Assembly: GCA_030390025.1 (NCBI GenBank)
Contig: CM059432.1
Location: 114,702,001-114,766,000 of the forward strand
Reading direction: 5' to 3'
Origin: Squalus acanthias
Taxonomy: Eukaryota
Length of the DNA: 64,000 nucleotides
The position numbers and the translations under genes are program-made. Positions within the stretch are counted from its first letter, which is position 1; the number at the start of each line of letters is the position of its first letter. The notes beneath the pieces are model-generated. The model saw only the letters and a list, made by a program, of their open reading frames with translations, made no database searches and was not told the DNA's origin. Positions 1 to 12,903 of this stretch are shown in pieces.

Positions 1-1203
1 GAAAATAATAATAGGATTGGGCAGAGTCAACATGGATTTATGAAAGGGAAATCATGTTTGACGAATCTGTTAAGAGTTTTTTGAGGTTGTAACTCGCAGA
101 ATAGATAAGGGGGAACCAGTGGATGTGGTATATTTGGATTTTCAGAAGGCATTCGATAAGGTGCCACACAAGAGGTTATTAAACAAAATTAGGGCTCATG
201 GGATTGGGGGTAATATACTAGCATGGATTGAGGATTGGTTAACGGAAAGAAAACAGTGAGTAGTTGGCAGGCTGTAACTAGTGGGATTCCACAAGGATCA
301 GTGCTTGGGCCTCAGCTATTCACAATCTATATCAATGATTTGGATGAGGGGGCCAAATGTAATATATCCAAGTTTGTTGATGATACAAAGCTAGGTGGGA
401 ATGTAAGTTGTGAGGAGGATGCAAGGAGGCTTCAAGGGGGTATAGACAGGCTAAGTGAGTGGGCAAGAACATGGCAAATGGAATATAATGTGGAGAAATG
501 TGAAGTTATCCACTTTGGTAAGAAAAATAGAAAAGCAGAGTATTTTTTAAATGTTAAGAGATTGGGAAATGTTGGTGGTCAGAGGGACCTGGGTGTCCTT
601 GTACACGAGTCAAGACGTCTTCCTGCAATTATATAGGGCCTTGGTGAGACCACTCCTGGAGTATTGGGTACAGTTTTGGTCTCCTTACCTAAGGAAGGAT
701 ATACTTGCTATAGAGGGAGTGCAACGAAGGTTCTCCAGACTGATTCCTGGGATGGGGGGATTGTCCTATGAGGAGAGATCGAGTAGACTAGGCCTATATT
801 CTCTAGAGTTTAGAAGAATGAGAGGTGATCCCATTGAAACATACAAAATTCTTACAGGGCTTGACGGGGGAGATGCAGGGAGGATGTTTCCCCTGGCTGG
901 GGAGTCTAGAACCAGGGGTCACAGTTTCAGAATAAGGGGTCGGACATTTAGGACGGAGATGAGGAGAAATTTCTTCACGCAGAGGGTGGTGAATCTTTGG
1001 AATTCTCTACCCCAGAGGGCTGTGGAGGCTCAGTCGTTGAGTATATTCAAGACAGAGATCGATAGATTTTTGGATATTAAGGGAATCAAGGGATATGGGG
1101 ATAGTGCAGTTGAGGTAGAAGATCAGCCATGATATTATTGAATGGTGGAGCAGGCTCAAGGGGCCAAATGGCCTACTCCTGTTCCTATTTCTTATGTTCT
1201 TAT
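1..1203 (+). mobile_element. CR1-clade LINE, 3' part (RT domain and tail), decayed
   Basis: Motifs QHGF..GKSCLTNL, GIPQGSVLGP, FVDDTK, YRALVRP.LEY and RRNFFTQRVVNLWNSLP, broken by frameshifts and a deletion. Ends in gcctactcct...ttcttatgttcttat. Confidence 0.93.
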
Positions 1204-1377
1204 AATGTCTGCCAGGAGAAACAATTCTTTGTATATAAATCGACAGTGGAACACTCAGGATAAGAAATAAAATGTTACCCCGGTGATACTCAAATAGCTC
1301 CGTAAAGTTCACAGTTTAAAATCTAAGATATACATATTATTCTAAAAACAGTCATAATGATTTGTAAGGAGACTAAT

Positions 1378-3559
1378 GGCCCGGAATTTGCGGTCAGCGG
1401 TGAAAGAATGGCGCTCGCCGTTCACCTCACTGACAGCTGCCCACAAATTTTGACTGGCTTTATAGCAGAGACATCCTGTCATCCGGCATCTGTTCCAGCG
1501 TGGCACCCTCTGCAGGGGATCTGTGGCAGGCAAAGTCGCAGTGAGGCTCTTCAACCAATCAGATTGAAGAATCCTCACTGAGACACACAGGGGGCGATTT
1601 TCAGAGGCCCAGGGAGGCGGGTTTGGAGGTGGGAAAGGCGGGAAAATCGGAAAAAATGAGTGCGGGTTCGGAACCCGCCTCCAAGGGATTTTGCCGGTGC
1701 CGGTATAGCAGGGCGGGAAATAGTCCCGCCTCCAGCTGGCTGGAGAGCTTGTTAAGAGGCTTAATTGCTCGTTAAGGCCTCTCTAAGCCTATTTTGAGAG
1801 GCCCTCGTTATTTTTCGACCATTTCGGCATGTTCCACGACCCTCCTAAACCACGCCAGATAAACCTGGTGGGTTGACAAGTGGGTGGTCTCCTCACAGCT
1901 GCAGCTCAAACATTAAATCGGAGATTTCATCAGCGATTAGTTGCAGGTGACAGAACTTTGCTTTAAAAGGCGTTTGAGCACTTTTAGCAGGCCTTCCAAA
2001 GTCGGAGGTGCTGCAGCTTGAATCTATCAACTGTGGGACCTCCTTGGAAGACCCTCTCCCCGCTTGCAACGAGCACTTCCCCAATGGAGGCATCTGAAAG
2101 CAGCATGGGAACCATTCATTTTCTTTCACCATGGACCTCAGATGAGGATGAGGAGGAGGAGGATGAGGAGCCTGAGGAGGAGGAGGATCTGGAGGAGGAG
2201 GAGGAGCAGGAGGAGGTCAGAGCGCCGGTGTATCGACCAGCAGCAGCGGTAGCACGCGAGCACATGGCTGCCCGTGATGCAAGGGATGAACTTATCCTGG
2301 CCAGATTTGCATAGGTTGCCCAAGTTGGCACATGTCCTTGGCTCCATCTTAAGACATCATTGACAACGGACATGACTCTCTGGCCTCCTTTCACTCTGGC
2401 CACCAACCTGATAACGCAAGTGTCGCGGAGCCCGCAATGTGGAGCTGCCTAAGGCGAAAGAACAGATGCCATAACAGCAACATTTTGGCATCAAATCATT
2501 TTAATGCTTTCCAACAGGGATGGCATGTCATCAATACACAGAAACATTCACCCAATCTGCACAGAGATCTGGAGGTTATATCCCTTGCCAGCTGGACCCA
2601 CAGCGCCTTGGTTTCTTTGGGAGGCCTCTTCCTCCCAGATGAGTGGAAGAGCACCTCCCTGCTAGCTGTTACCCCCTCAACCAACATTTGCAGCGCCTCA
2701 TCCAAGAACCTCGGGAAGGCCTTGGAATTGGACATAGTGGTTTCTCAGAATAGGTTGCAGGTGGTGCAGCATCGGTAGAAATCCAGTGGAATGATCCAAG
2801 GCAGCAAGCAGCCCTAAAATCAGGCTGGAAAAGTGATGTCAGCAGAGGCAAGTTTCAGTCCCAAAACACTAATTGACCAAGGGCAACCCACACCTCTGAA
2901 ATCAAGTGGCCAATCAGGGGAAAATCGCAATTTTTTGAAAACTATCAGTGGAGGCGGGTTTCAAACCCACCCAAACCGAAACCCGCCTCTAGTAGGAAAA
3001 TCGCCCCCACAGAGTCTAAACAGGAAGTATAAAGGAGGAAATATGAATTAGGTTTAAATGATGTACAGAAAGCAAAATAAAGATTGGGAAATACAGATTG
3101 GATTAGGCAGAGAGATAAAAGAGAGACAGAAAAAGTAAAAAAATATATATTTTTTTACATCTCCAACGCTAACTTTCTTCTTAGAGAATGAGACTTCACA
3201 CTTGTAAAATTAATTTTTCAGGGCCAGAGAGGTTGTTCAGCAGTAATTATCATTTATCACACCATTAAAAACTCACTTACTCCTGAATATACCAGCCTTA
3301 ACTTTGTCAGCTGTTTTTAGTGCGGAACTGGTGGGCAAGTACAGCAAGTTCACGCCGTTGCATTCATTTCAATGCTGAGTCTATCGGCGAGGACTGTTAT
3401 AGCGCACCCTGTGGAGGAGCAGGGTATCTCTGACAGCAACTTCTGGATTTCCACGGTTAATTGCGTTTGTGCGGTTGCCAGAAGTTGCTGTCCCATTTAC
3501 CCCATTATAACAGTGAGTGCTGTTAGCCTCGCCGTTGTTATTACTGCAAAATCCAGGCC
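1378..3559. mobile_element. Non-autonomous TIR element (Harbinger-like MITE) interrupted by a second element
   Basis: TIRs GGCCCGGAATTTGCGGT / ACTGCAAAATCCAGGCC, with AAT on both flanks. The left TIR is identical to that of the element at 16226. Confidence 0.75.
1590..3008. mobile_element. Internally deleted PIF/Harbinger element
   Basis: Perfect TIR GGGGGCGATTTTC / GAAAATCGCCCCC and ACA TSD. Retains the acidic transposase C-tail (EEEE...ARDARDELILARFA*, +, to 2314) converging on a Myb/SANT N-terminus (RFLDEALQMLVEGV...W..LA, -, 2735-2550). Confidence 0.85.
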
Positions 3560-3606
3560 AATGTAAATTTTCTCTTAACAGAATCTTTTCTTTTAAATCT
3601 TGTTAC

Positions 3607-3778
3607 CTCTCCTAAAAATTCACTCTCTTCCTCTCGAACCCGAGCTTGGTCCCACAGGGTGATTTCTAACATCCGTTCCCGAAATTCTCTCCGATGAACT
3701 GGAGAATAAATGAACGTCTGGTTCCACTTGGGCTCAAGTGTTTTCTTCACTGTTTTTGTTCTTCGTTTGCTTTTGTCA
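3607..3778 (-). CDS. RIMS2: RIMS2 coding exon, C2A (DKSKRRTKTVKKTLEPKWNQTFIYSPVHRREFRERMLEITLWDQARVREEESEFLGE)
   Basis: 172-nt exon with acceptor tttgtcAG and donor GTaaca, phase 2/0. Lies within ORF 3541..3789. Confidence 0.96.
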
Positions 3779-4559
3779 CTGACAAACAATCACAGGACAG
3801 AAGTTAGAACTGTAAGCAGAGCTTCTAAACATAGATTAAAGAAGTACTTATTCATTTATTTTTGAGGACGTGGATGTGTCTGTGAGGGCAGAAGACACGT
3901 CTTGGTACTAGGTACATTCCAATGGGATCCTTCACAGGCTATCAGGAGGCATGCAAGATGAGCTCAGTGGACGCTTCATCTCAGAATTTCACTTAGTCCT
4001 TGAGGAAAAGGCCCTGAGGCATTGTGTGCAGTCAAGACCAAGTGTAGTCTTCAGGTGAAGCAGGGTTAGAGGGCAGAGGGTAATTGGACCAGGATGCGCA
4101 GATGTAATTCAGTACCCATTTTAAAGTCATACATTCTGCCCTATTTTTATATTTTCATTATACACTCCTATGTCAACATTTATAATGGAAACTGCCTAAG
4201 CAAACTTGTCATGCCTCCACTAGGGATAGGGTGTAATTACTGCGTGACAAGTTTACATCGGCAGTTTCCATTATTAATGTGGACATAGGAATTTATAATA
4301 ATAAAAGTTGACAGCAAGTATGCCCAGACATAGGATTTTATATATATAATAGATGGATGTTATACTTTATGCTTTCACACCACAGTATCTTTGGATACTT
4401 TTAAAAATCCAGGCATTCTTGCTGACGTCTATGATGTGCCTGTCTGCTCCTCACCCTACAATACCTCACCCAACCATCCATTCTTCATCTTTGAGTTTAG
4501 AAAATGAATGTCGGTAGATTATTCAACTGTGGGAACACCACAAATAAGCGTTATCCTGT

Positions 4560-4780
4560 CCTCACCTAGCATTTAGGAGCTTGCTAGACAGTGATCAACC
4601 AAGGACCTAGGCCAATCTTCCCTTCACTAACCCAGGGACACTGAGGCTAAATTACAGCACTCTGTCCGCTACTCAGGCTGCAGTCAGTTAATTCAGCACA
4701 GACCAGCGGTCAAACCTGGGATGTTTCTGGTCCATATGGCTCAGCTGCTTGCTGCCTTTACCTGTGCAGCCATCAAGGGA
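4560..4780 (-). mobile_element. Possible tRNA-derived SINE remnant
   Basis: The reverse complement has a tRNA-like head (ggctgcacaggtaaag...cccaggtttgaccgctggt). Boundaries and family are uncertain. Confidence 0.4.
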
Positions 4781-5077
4781 GTCATCATTATGATGCTTTA
4801 CGAATTTCTAATGTCAATTTAATAAACAATGAATGTTTTGTGTTGTTAACGGCAGAATCATAATATTAGAGGTTCTACAGCCAACAGTATGAAATTGAGG
4901 CTTGTTGCTTCTTTATCTATGAGAGAACGGTTATGCGAGAGCTGCAATGATTTTAGTAGTTGTTTGTTAATAATAATTATTTAATATAAGAGGGTATCAC
5001 CAACTGCTTAAACAGATAAGTGTCTCTTATCACACTCTGAGGCTAATATTTGTGTACTGGTGTAAGTCGGATCTAAA

Positions 5078-5243
5078 AGAGATGAAATTGTCTATGCCAG
5101 TAGCGCAAAACAGGCTCATAGTGAATCGGCAGCCCGTCTTATACCACACTGATTGACTTTAATAAAAAAGAAAATCAGGCACAGTATAAAACAGGCTACT
5201 GATTCACTGTTTCACGTGGCTGGCAAAGACTAATTTCATCCCC
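5078..5243. mobile_element. Short fold-back MITE
   Basis: gatgaaattgtctatgcca pairs with tggcaaagactaatttcatc. The inner arms agtgaatcggcagcccgtcttatac / gtataaaacaggctactgattcact are also complementary. Confidence 0.7.
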
Positions 5244-6180
5244 AAATGGTTTAGAACTGGTATAAATCCTGTCAGCATGGTAATATGCCAATATCACTTG
5301 AATTTCATGGGTCAACCTACTTGCATAATTATCCACAGCTCAAGGTACAGATTTTGATGGGTGCAGGATGCACTCTAGTGGTGGAAGTGACAGAATAGTG
5401 AGACAAAAATTCTGGCCTTGGAAAGGTTAAAAAGGCATTTGAATCCATTGGCAGTCTTTGCCAAGGCTGAAGAGGAAGAGGGCTAAGAAATGACAAGCAG
5501 GCAAAAATGAAGGGAAAGGAAACTCAATGTGCAGGAAGGAGGGAAGGAGTCTGCAGGCAGGTGACAGAGCAGCCCAGCATCCAGCCTACTGTTTGGTAGC
5601 TTCTGAAGTTCAGATAGTGCTGCATGATGAGGAGGGATGCCCCCTCTACCGCTCTGTGGTATCCTCTCCATCCGTGAACACTGCTTGGAAAGAGACGGAG
5701 GTAGGCCTGAATGCACAGCCAACCAATAATTGACTGGGGGTGTCAGCCCTAAGCTACATGATAGCTGCAGATATCGTAGCAACTGATAGTACAATTCTGC
5801 TGACCCGGACCCTCAGAAGACAGTTTTTCACAATGACTGCCAATTAGATGCAACACTGCATGCAAGTATGGTTGGTGGCATCTTGATAAGTGTGGCCAAT
5901 TAGGCTTTCCTGGCCGCTGAGCTTCCTGGCATGCCTTCTTTCATGTAGTACTCTGTGAAGCGTGACATATCACTGTTATTGGATGCTTCTGAAGAAATCT
6001 CCAACACTATTTTTCATCAAGCTTTCACATATCTTAATGGTGACATTGGGTCTAGTGTCCCAGCTTCCTTTGGGAATAGAAGCCTCCATCTGCACTAGTG
6101 AGGTCTGGTCACCTCTGTCTGAGGATATGTGTGTGCAGGTACTGGGATTTGTCTTTAAGCACCTCACGTGCAGTCCGACC

Positions 6181-6318
6181 TTTTTTTTATTCGTTCATAG
6201 GATGTGGGCGTCGCTGGCAAGGCCAGTATTTATTGCCCATCCCTAGTTGCCCTCGAGAAGGTGGTGGTGAGCCGCCTTCTTGAACCGCTGCAGTCCATGT
6301 GGTGAAGGTACGCCCACT
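6181..6318 (-). mobile_element. 3' tail of an A-tailed non-LTR retroelement
   Basis: Reverse complement of ggactgcagcggttcaagaaggc..ctcaccaccaccttctc..gggcaa.tagggatgggcaataaat...An. The same sequence recurs at 20540-20665 and 26665-26953. Confidence 0.75.
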
Positions 6319-7974
6319 CCTAACCTGCGAAGCGACTCACCTTACTGGCACATCAAAAAGCTGGATTCTGATTGGGAAACCAATTGATGCCATTAAAGTT
6401 GGTTGGGCAAATAGCTTATGAGAATCTCAGCAGCCGCAGAAAAAATAAACTGTACAGAAATGGCCTTAAAATTGTTGAATGAATGTTCTTACGAGAAGCT
6501 TTAAACATACTGCTGTATATAGTTCAGCATCTATCAACCTTGGATGCCCATTATATATATGCGGGGTTTGCAGCTGCCACTGACCTGGCATATTGGCCGT
6601 AAAATGATGCGGAGGACATAACTACATCATTTCTGCATCATTATAAAACTATTATGAAGGTACGTATTTCAGGGAGAAGATTCCTGCATCCATCTTCGGC
6701 ATAGCGGAAATACATGTCGCGGAAGGAAAATCCTGCAGGGCCCACTGACCTGTGCGCCTGATTCCCAATATGCACTCCACGATCTGGACTAGTAGTGCAA
6801 ATTCATAAAATCTACCCTCACAAATGGTGTACCTTAGGTTGACAATTGAAACAAATCCAAAATGCTAGTTTTGGTGACAGCCTGTCTACGTTTTTTGAAA
6901 AAGGAATTTCTTCTTAAACTGTAGAAATGGGTTTGATTCTACTCAGCATCAGCTTGGCCTATCTCACTGAAACTAAATAAGATTTACAGCCATCAAGCAG
7001 CTGAGCCTGTGGAACACTAGGGGCTTTCCCAAGACATTTAAATAAAATGATGATTATTCTGTGGAGTCCTGAGCTCATTTGTAAACTTTGTTACCTATCA
7101 GCTTCCACAGTTTGGATGGAACCTTCTCAGTCCCCACAATTCAATGAGAGAAAATTACATCCTCATGATTTTGTGCATTACTCTGAAGCACATTTGTAAG
7201 GATGTGTTTTCACATATCTACTGTAAGATTCAATTACCTTTGACATTTGCAATTAGTAACTTAGAATAGCACAGGGTCTGTCTTTCCTTTGGAAAGTGCC
7301 TTGCGCAACTAGTACCGCATAGTGTTTAATCACTTTCCAATCATGTAAAGTTAGCATTATTGTTCATTTATCATACAAATTTGTTTCACAGATGGCACTT
7401 CAAATCCAGAGTAAACGCATCTAGATGTAAATTCCAGGAGATGTTTCTGCCATTTACATTCTACAAGCTAGTACAGAGTCTGTCTCACTGTAAGTGCAGT
7501 ATAAATTGTCAACATTTAATAACAATTAATGTAAAATTCAGAGCAATGAAACCATTGACCTAATGGGCAGTGTAGTCATGTAAATGTTCTGGAGTAGCAG
7601 GTTTACATCTGCACTTTTCCACGTGTTCATCTCAGGTGAATTATCAAAGAGCAGCAACTATAATTAAGGAGGAGGTGAAATCATCCGAGATCATTCCCAT
7701 AACTACGGTCCAATAAGAGAGTGGCACTGGGAGAGGACTGGAAGCAGGCCAGCAGCCTGCCCAGTCACAATAGGAATTCTGAATTCTGAATAGCACAAAT
7801 TAAGATAGACAAGAACTAAGTATGAGATTAATCAGATAAATCAGGTAAAATTCGCAAAAAGAAAAAAAATCAGGAGGCAAATATTTTCATGTGAAATATG
7901 TGTATTCAAATTTAAAATCAACAAAACTTTTCATGTGAACAATTTCATGTGAAAAGGCAATTAAAGAGCCCTAC

Positions 7975-8105
7975 CTTCGGTCAGGAAGAAAGTAAATTTT
8001 GACATAGGGGTTCCTTGGCCTCCCCTCTTCCCTGAAAGGAAGATCTTTTGCTCCAAGTATTGTAACAATAAGCTGGTGGCCAACTTTGTCGTACCAGAGT
8101 TTTAT
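7975..8105 (-). CDS. RIMS2: RIMS2 coding exon, start of C2A (IKLWYDKVGHQLIVTILGAKDLPFREEGRPRNPYVKIYFLPDR-S)
   Basis: 131-nt exon with acceptor ccaacAG and donor GTaggg, phase 0/2. Typical RIM C2A N-terminus. Confidence 0.95.
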
Positions 8106-8814
8106 CTGTTGGAAGATCATGTCATCATATAATCACTGCTCTTGTTAATACCTGTCTGAGAGCATTGCTTTAGGAAATACCTTTAAAGCCCATACTCTCT
8201 AAAATCCTTCACAATCTGAAACTGTTATGCTGTATTTCAGTTCACCTGCACAAGTTACATTAACTCTGGGAGTGGAAACACTGACGTATATGGCAACTGT
8301 AAAATAGGTGTCATTATTATCATGTTTTGTCATGTAAACGGTCCTATCAGAGGGTTTAATGAATGTAGGGTGTGCTTCAAGTAATATCCTACGAGAGACA
8401 ATATTCTTGTAGATGATAGTTCAAATCTATTAATTAAGTATCTGGCAAAACTACACTGAAACCTCGGATTGTGCAAAATGGATCTCTTTTTCCAGAAGTA
8501 ACATGTAGAGGATACATGTCTCACTGCATTTTGGTAAGAGACCAGGTCTAAAAGGATAACAATGAACATGGTCAGTATATCACACTTATTATTGCACAGC
8601 TCTTTTAATCATTAGGAACATTTAAAAAGGCAAAAATAACACACACAAAAAAACATAAATTAGACAATGACATTTACACCTTTTCATTGTCTCAAGAACT
8701 AAAACAAGCTAGAGACCAATCTGTAGTTTACTGCATCTTTAATACCTTAGATGGACTCAACAAATTGTGTAATTCAAATTTAAAATCAACAAAACTTTTC
8801 CAAAACTACAGACA

Positions 8815-9200
8815 CCATTTCTCCCTCTCTCTTTCTGGCTCTCACTTTCTCTCTTTTCTCCCACTGTTATTTCTATTGTCTAAGTACTCTCTCTCTTGTG
8901 TCTCACATACAGCTAGTGTCTGTATTCCTTGTTCTCTCTCTCTTGCTGTTACTATCTGTATTCTAGTTCTTATTCATTTTCTTTATTTCACCTGCATTTC
9001 TTTAGCCTTTTTCTCACTCTTATCCTCTTATTTTTTTTCTCTATCCAGATGGGTCTCTCACTCACCCTCTCTTTTCTAAGTATACTGTTTCTTTTTTACT
9101 CATTCACTTTCTCTAACTGTCCTGTTCTTATACTCTCTGCCAGCTTTTTTCACTCACTCACTCATTCACTCACGCTTTCCATTCCAGTTGTCTCACTCAC
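8815..9200. repeat. CT-rich low-complexity tract
   Basis: Degenerate (CT)n/(CACT)n runs that produce spurious Leu/Ser/Phe ORFs. Confidence 0.7.
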
Positions 9201-9201
9201 T

Positions 9202-10100
9202 GGGGTTGATTTCAACTTGTATCTCCTGGCGTTAACGGGGCAGTAACAGCCTCAAAATGGGGTTGGTAGCCTTACCGCCCCATTAATCCCCAACAATGCA
9301 GCCAACACCATTTTCAAAGGGGTCTACCGCTGTGCACCCAAAGCGTCCCCTGTGCTTGCTGACCTACAATGGCTCCCGGTTAAGCAGCGCCTCGATTTCA
9401 AAATTCTCATCCTTGTTTTTGACTCCCTCCATGGCCTTGCTCCTTCCTATCTCTGTAATCTCCTTCAGGCCCACAAACCCCCAAGATAGCTGCACTCCTC
9501 TAATTCTGCCCTCTTGAGCATCCCTGATTATAATCGCTCAACCATTGGTGGCCGTACCTTCTGTTGCCTAGGCCCTAAGCTCTGGAATTCCCTGCCTAAA
9601 CCTCTCCGCCTCGCTACCTCTCTTTCCTCCTTTAAGACGCTCCTTAAAACCTACCTCTTTGATCAAGCTTTTGGTCACCTGCCCTAATTTATCCTTATGT
9701 GGCTCGGTGTCAAATTTTTTGTCTTAAAATACTCCTGTGCAGCGCCTTGGGACGTTTTACTACGTCAAAGGCGCTATATAACTACAAGTTGTTGTTGAAT
9801 GCCAGGTTCAGGCAATAGGCGCATGTCGACAGGCAAATTAGGGTGCTATCACCCCAACTGCCATTCCCCCTTCTGCGATCGCGACTCTCTTCCCACTGCA
9901 CTTAGCTTTCTGCCAGCGGGGTGGCCCAATATTGGTAGTAGTCAATCCGGCGAACTGCATCGAGATGCCTGGTTGGTGCCCCACAGCTTGCAGACCCAAT
10001 GTTAATGAGGCAGCAAAATCACTGCTGCTTCTTTGTTTAAAGTGCAAAACTCTGGCTGCGAGCTCCACCTATCAGTCGGCCAAAACTCAAAATCAACCCA
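9202..10100. mobile_element. Harbinger-like MITE carrying a nested L2 fragment
   Basis: TIR GGGGTTGATTT / AAATCAACCCA, with ACT on both flanks. Confidence 0.65.
9347..9797 (+). mobile_element. L2-clade LINE 3' end
   Basis: Encodes PVLADLQWLPVKQRLDFKILILVF and GGRTFCCLGPKLWNSLP. Tail is gcgccttggg...aaggcgctatata...(gtt)n. Sister copies at 45530 and 56174. Confidence 0.85.
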
Positions 10101-10280
10101 ACTCACTCCTTCCATTCCAGACAGGCTCACTCTTCCTTTCCAGATTGTTTCACTCACTCCTTCCATTCCAGGCTGTTTCACTCATTCACTCCTTCCAATC
10201 GAGATTGTTTCACCCACTCACTCCTTCCATTCTGGAATGTCTCTCTCATTCACTCCTTCTATTCCAGGAAGTCTCTCTCA
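10101..10280. repeat. Degenerate minisatellite, ~6 units of ~22-33 bp (core cactcactccttccattccag)
   Basis: The repeated core is directly visible. Confidence 0.75.
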
Positions 10281-11310
10281 ATCAATTACTCAGTTCTATA
10301 TATTCCCTCTTGATAAATTTTAGTTTTACCATCGAAACAGACTTGTTTGAATAATGATGCAAACTACAGATATAGTTGAGAATAGAATGAACACACAATT
10401 CCTCAAACATGCAGCAAAGCAAAGAGGCATTCTGTCAAATTGCAAATGAAGATTTAATAAAATATATTTATATAGTCTAATGTTCTATGGAGAGGTAGAA
10501 ATGGCATCTACACTTAAGCTCTAATATGCTAGCAAACAAATTGTACCTAAGTACAAACCCTACCCCAGCTATCCCTCATCCAGAAACTATTTCACAATCA
10601 ACAGTATAGAGTGATCTTGGTATTTATTCCTTTACAAGTTTAAGATCTATAGATGAGATTTTGTTCTTGTGCAGATGAAAGCAGATTTGCTTTGGTTTTG
10701 CAGTGATCAGCCCCATTTCTTCCCAAAATGCTAATGTGCCCTTCGCTAGTGAAAATATATTTACTGAAAGTAATTTGGGGATTTGTTAACATTTAACAAA
10801 TGTTTTCCACTTTTCAATGAACAGTTTCTTTACCATAAGTAGGCAGCTGACATATTTCAAGTCAGACAAATAATTGCAGCAAAAATGTTTCCATTATGGA
10901 TGGCTGGTGCTCTGTCCCACTGAGAAGAAGACACGAAAGAATGGTTGTATTTGTAACAAGCCAGAACAGATGAAGATCAGGTCCGTTCCCCAATAACACG
11001 CATAGAAAAGTAATATCTAATCTGATTTTGTCAAAATACATATGTAATTGGTGATATTTCACTGCTTAACATGCTCCTCTATCTGTATAAATGTTTAACA
11101 CTATAACAGAATACCGATAAAAGAGCAGTGTTTTCATCACCTCAGCAGAAACCAGAACAGCAAGCATCATTTTGCTGTAATGACTTATTTTCCAATACAA
11201 TGCACAGTTCAGATGAACTATTCTATCATATTGAGTATGAACAAATTTGTCAAAAAAGTTTTTCTAAATAAGCATAGGATAAAACCTGATGCTTTTCTGA
11301 GGTCACACAA

Positions 11311-11904
11311 GACCCGATTTTAAATCGGGACAGGAGTTGGATGGGTGAAGGCCGTTGCAGGTGGCAAACTGTCCTGACCTCGGCAGCATAGTTACTCAGT
11401 CTCCCATCAGAAATCGGCAGGAAGCAGCAGCTAGTCGGCAGGCAATGTTGGACAGCAGGAGGCCACCGTCGCGGACTGATGGAATAGTCCCCAGCACTCA
11501 GGGTGGCCACGGGACTTTTGGAGGGCATCACATTCAAGGGAGGGGGAAGCACAGGGCACAGCAAGCCTAAATTAAAAAAAAAAGATATACCTTTTTGGGC
11601 TTCTTCTGGCCCGACTTTTCTTTCCCACTTGGTTGGCTTGGTGGGAATGCCACAATGGCTTTCCTGACCAGGCTTCTGAATAAAATAGCAGTCGGGCCCC
11701 AATTAAGTCACTGGAGCCCAATCTGTATATTTAAATAAAGACCCCATCAGTTTCGAGCAAGTGTCCTTCTCGTCTACTCAAAAGAGCAGGTTAAAATCGT
11801 AGTCAGTAGAATTGGTGGAGCAAGTCAGCAGGTGAGTCCCACGGGTGGTTGTAACTGTCTGTCTGCCTGGTTTACACCAGGTAGGCTGGGTTAAAATCGC
11901 CCCT
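11311..11904. mobile_element. Decayed Harbinger-like MITE
   Basis: GC-rich island bounded by gacccgattttaa / ttaaaatcgcccc. No TSD recognisable. Confidence 0.5.
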
Positions 11905-12855
11905 GGAGAATTGTATGTTTAGTGTTCAATTCTATCAATAATGTACATCATTCCAACTTCAACACATACCAGATGGTGCACTGAAAAGCACATTGGTGTA
12001 CATTGGAAAAGAGTGTGAAAATAAATATGTAAACCACCCCATAACTCTCTTAGAAGGGAAGGCCTAAAGAGCAATAAAAATGTAAGTACCTCAAAATGGA
12101 ATAGTAGAATTGTTACTGTACATTTAATAAGATAGAAAGGAGTCTGGTTGTCAACCAGCAAACAATTAGTTTGAGTCCCAGGGCTTGGACTTGCAGGCCT
12201 CAGTTGGAGAGCGATTCATCAGTTCTCAGTCAGTGCGCTGGATGGAGCACCACATGAAAGGAATGCACTCCATCTCAGGAGATGGAAGAAGAAAAAGCCC
12301 ACCAATATCCATTTAAAAGCATGCATCCTACTGACCGATTGGGGAGCAGAAATGATCATAGCTGTGAAGGGTTTTGTGGCTCAGACTGTGTGATTATAAA
12401 CTGTCTATAAACAGAGAAAGAAAAAAAGAACTGCTCCTGACTTTTCAGGGTCATAGTTAATTACAAGGTCCTAAAGAAGAAGGGAGACCACCACAAACTT
12501 TGCCACAATATTTCTTGTGATCTTTCTTATTGACTAGTACAACTATGTATAAGATCTGTTTGTATAGGTATCATTTGTTTGCCAATGGTCAATTGAAGGA
12601 TCTAATGCAAATTGGAAAATGCAGCTCACTGTTCTTTGAAACAGTGTAATGGCAATGTGAATGAGTCTTGTTCCTGAAAACATGCAGAGCTTTACTTAAT
12701 ACTGGTGGGATGTTCTGGAGTATAAAGTATGCATATATGCTAGAAAAAATATGATAAAGGGAAAGGAGGAGCAGACAGAAAATAAAATTGTTGCCATCGA
12801 TTTACTTCTCTGCATTTTCCAAATGATAATATTTTCAGATATACAGTGCCTTTAC

Positions 12856-12903
12856 CTGAACCCTAGGAACAAAAGGCGCTGTTCTTCTACTAAGGCTTTG
12901 GCT
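12856..12903 (-). CDS. RIMS2: RIMS2 48-nt symmetric cassette exon (SQSLSRRTAPFVPRVQ)
   Basis: Acceptor ttaccAG, donor CAG|GTaaag, phase 0/0. Near-identical to the 16-aa insert SQSLSRRTTPFVPRVQ that I recall between GQLS and IKLW in some mammalian RIM2 isoforms. Confidence 0.88.

Noticed and set aside
8687..9246. Hydrophobic ORFs resembling membrane proteins
   Set aside because: Translation artefacts of a CT-rich low-complexity tract.
10101..10280. CRISPR-like repeat array
   Set aside because: Units are degenerate and adjacent with no unique spacers, and the context is eukaryotic. It is a minisatellite.
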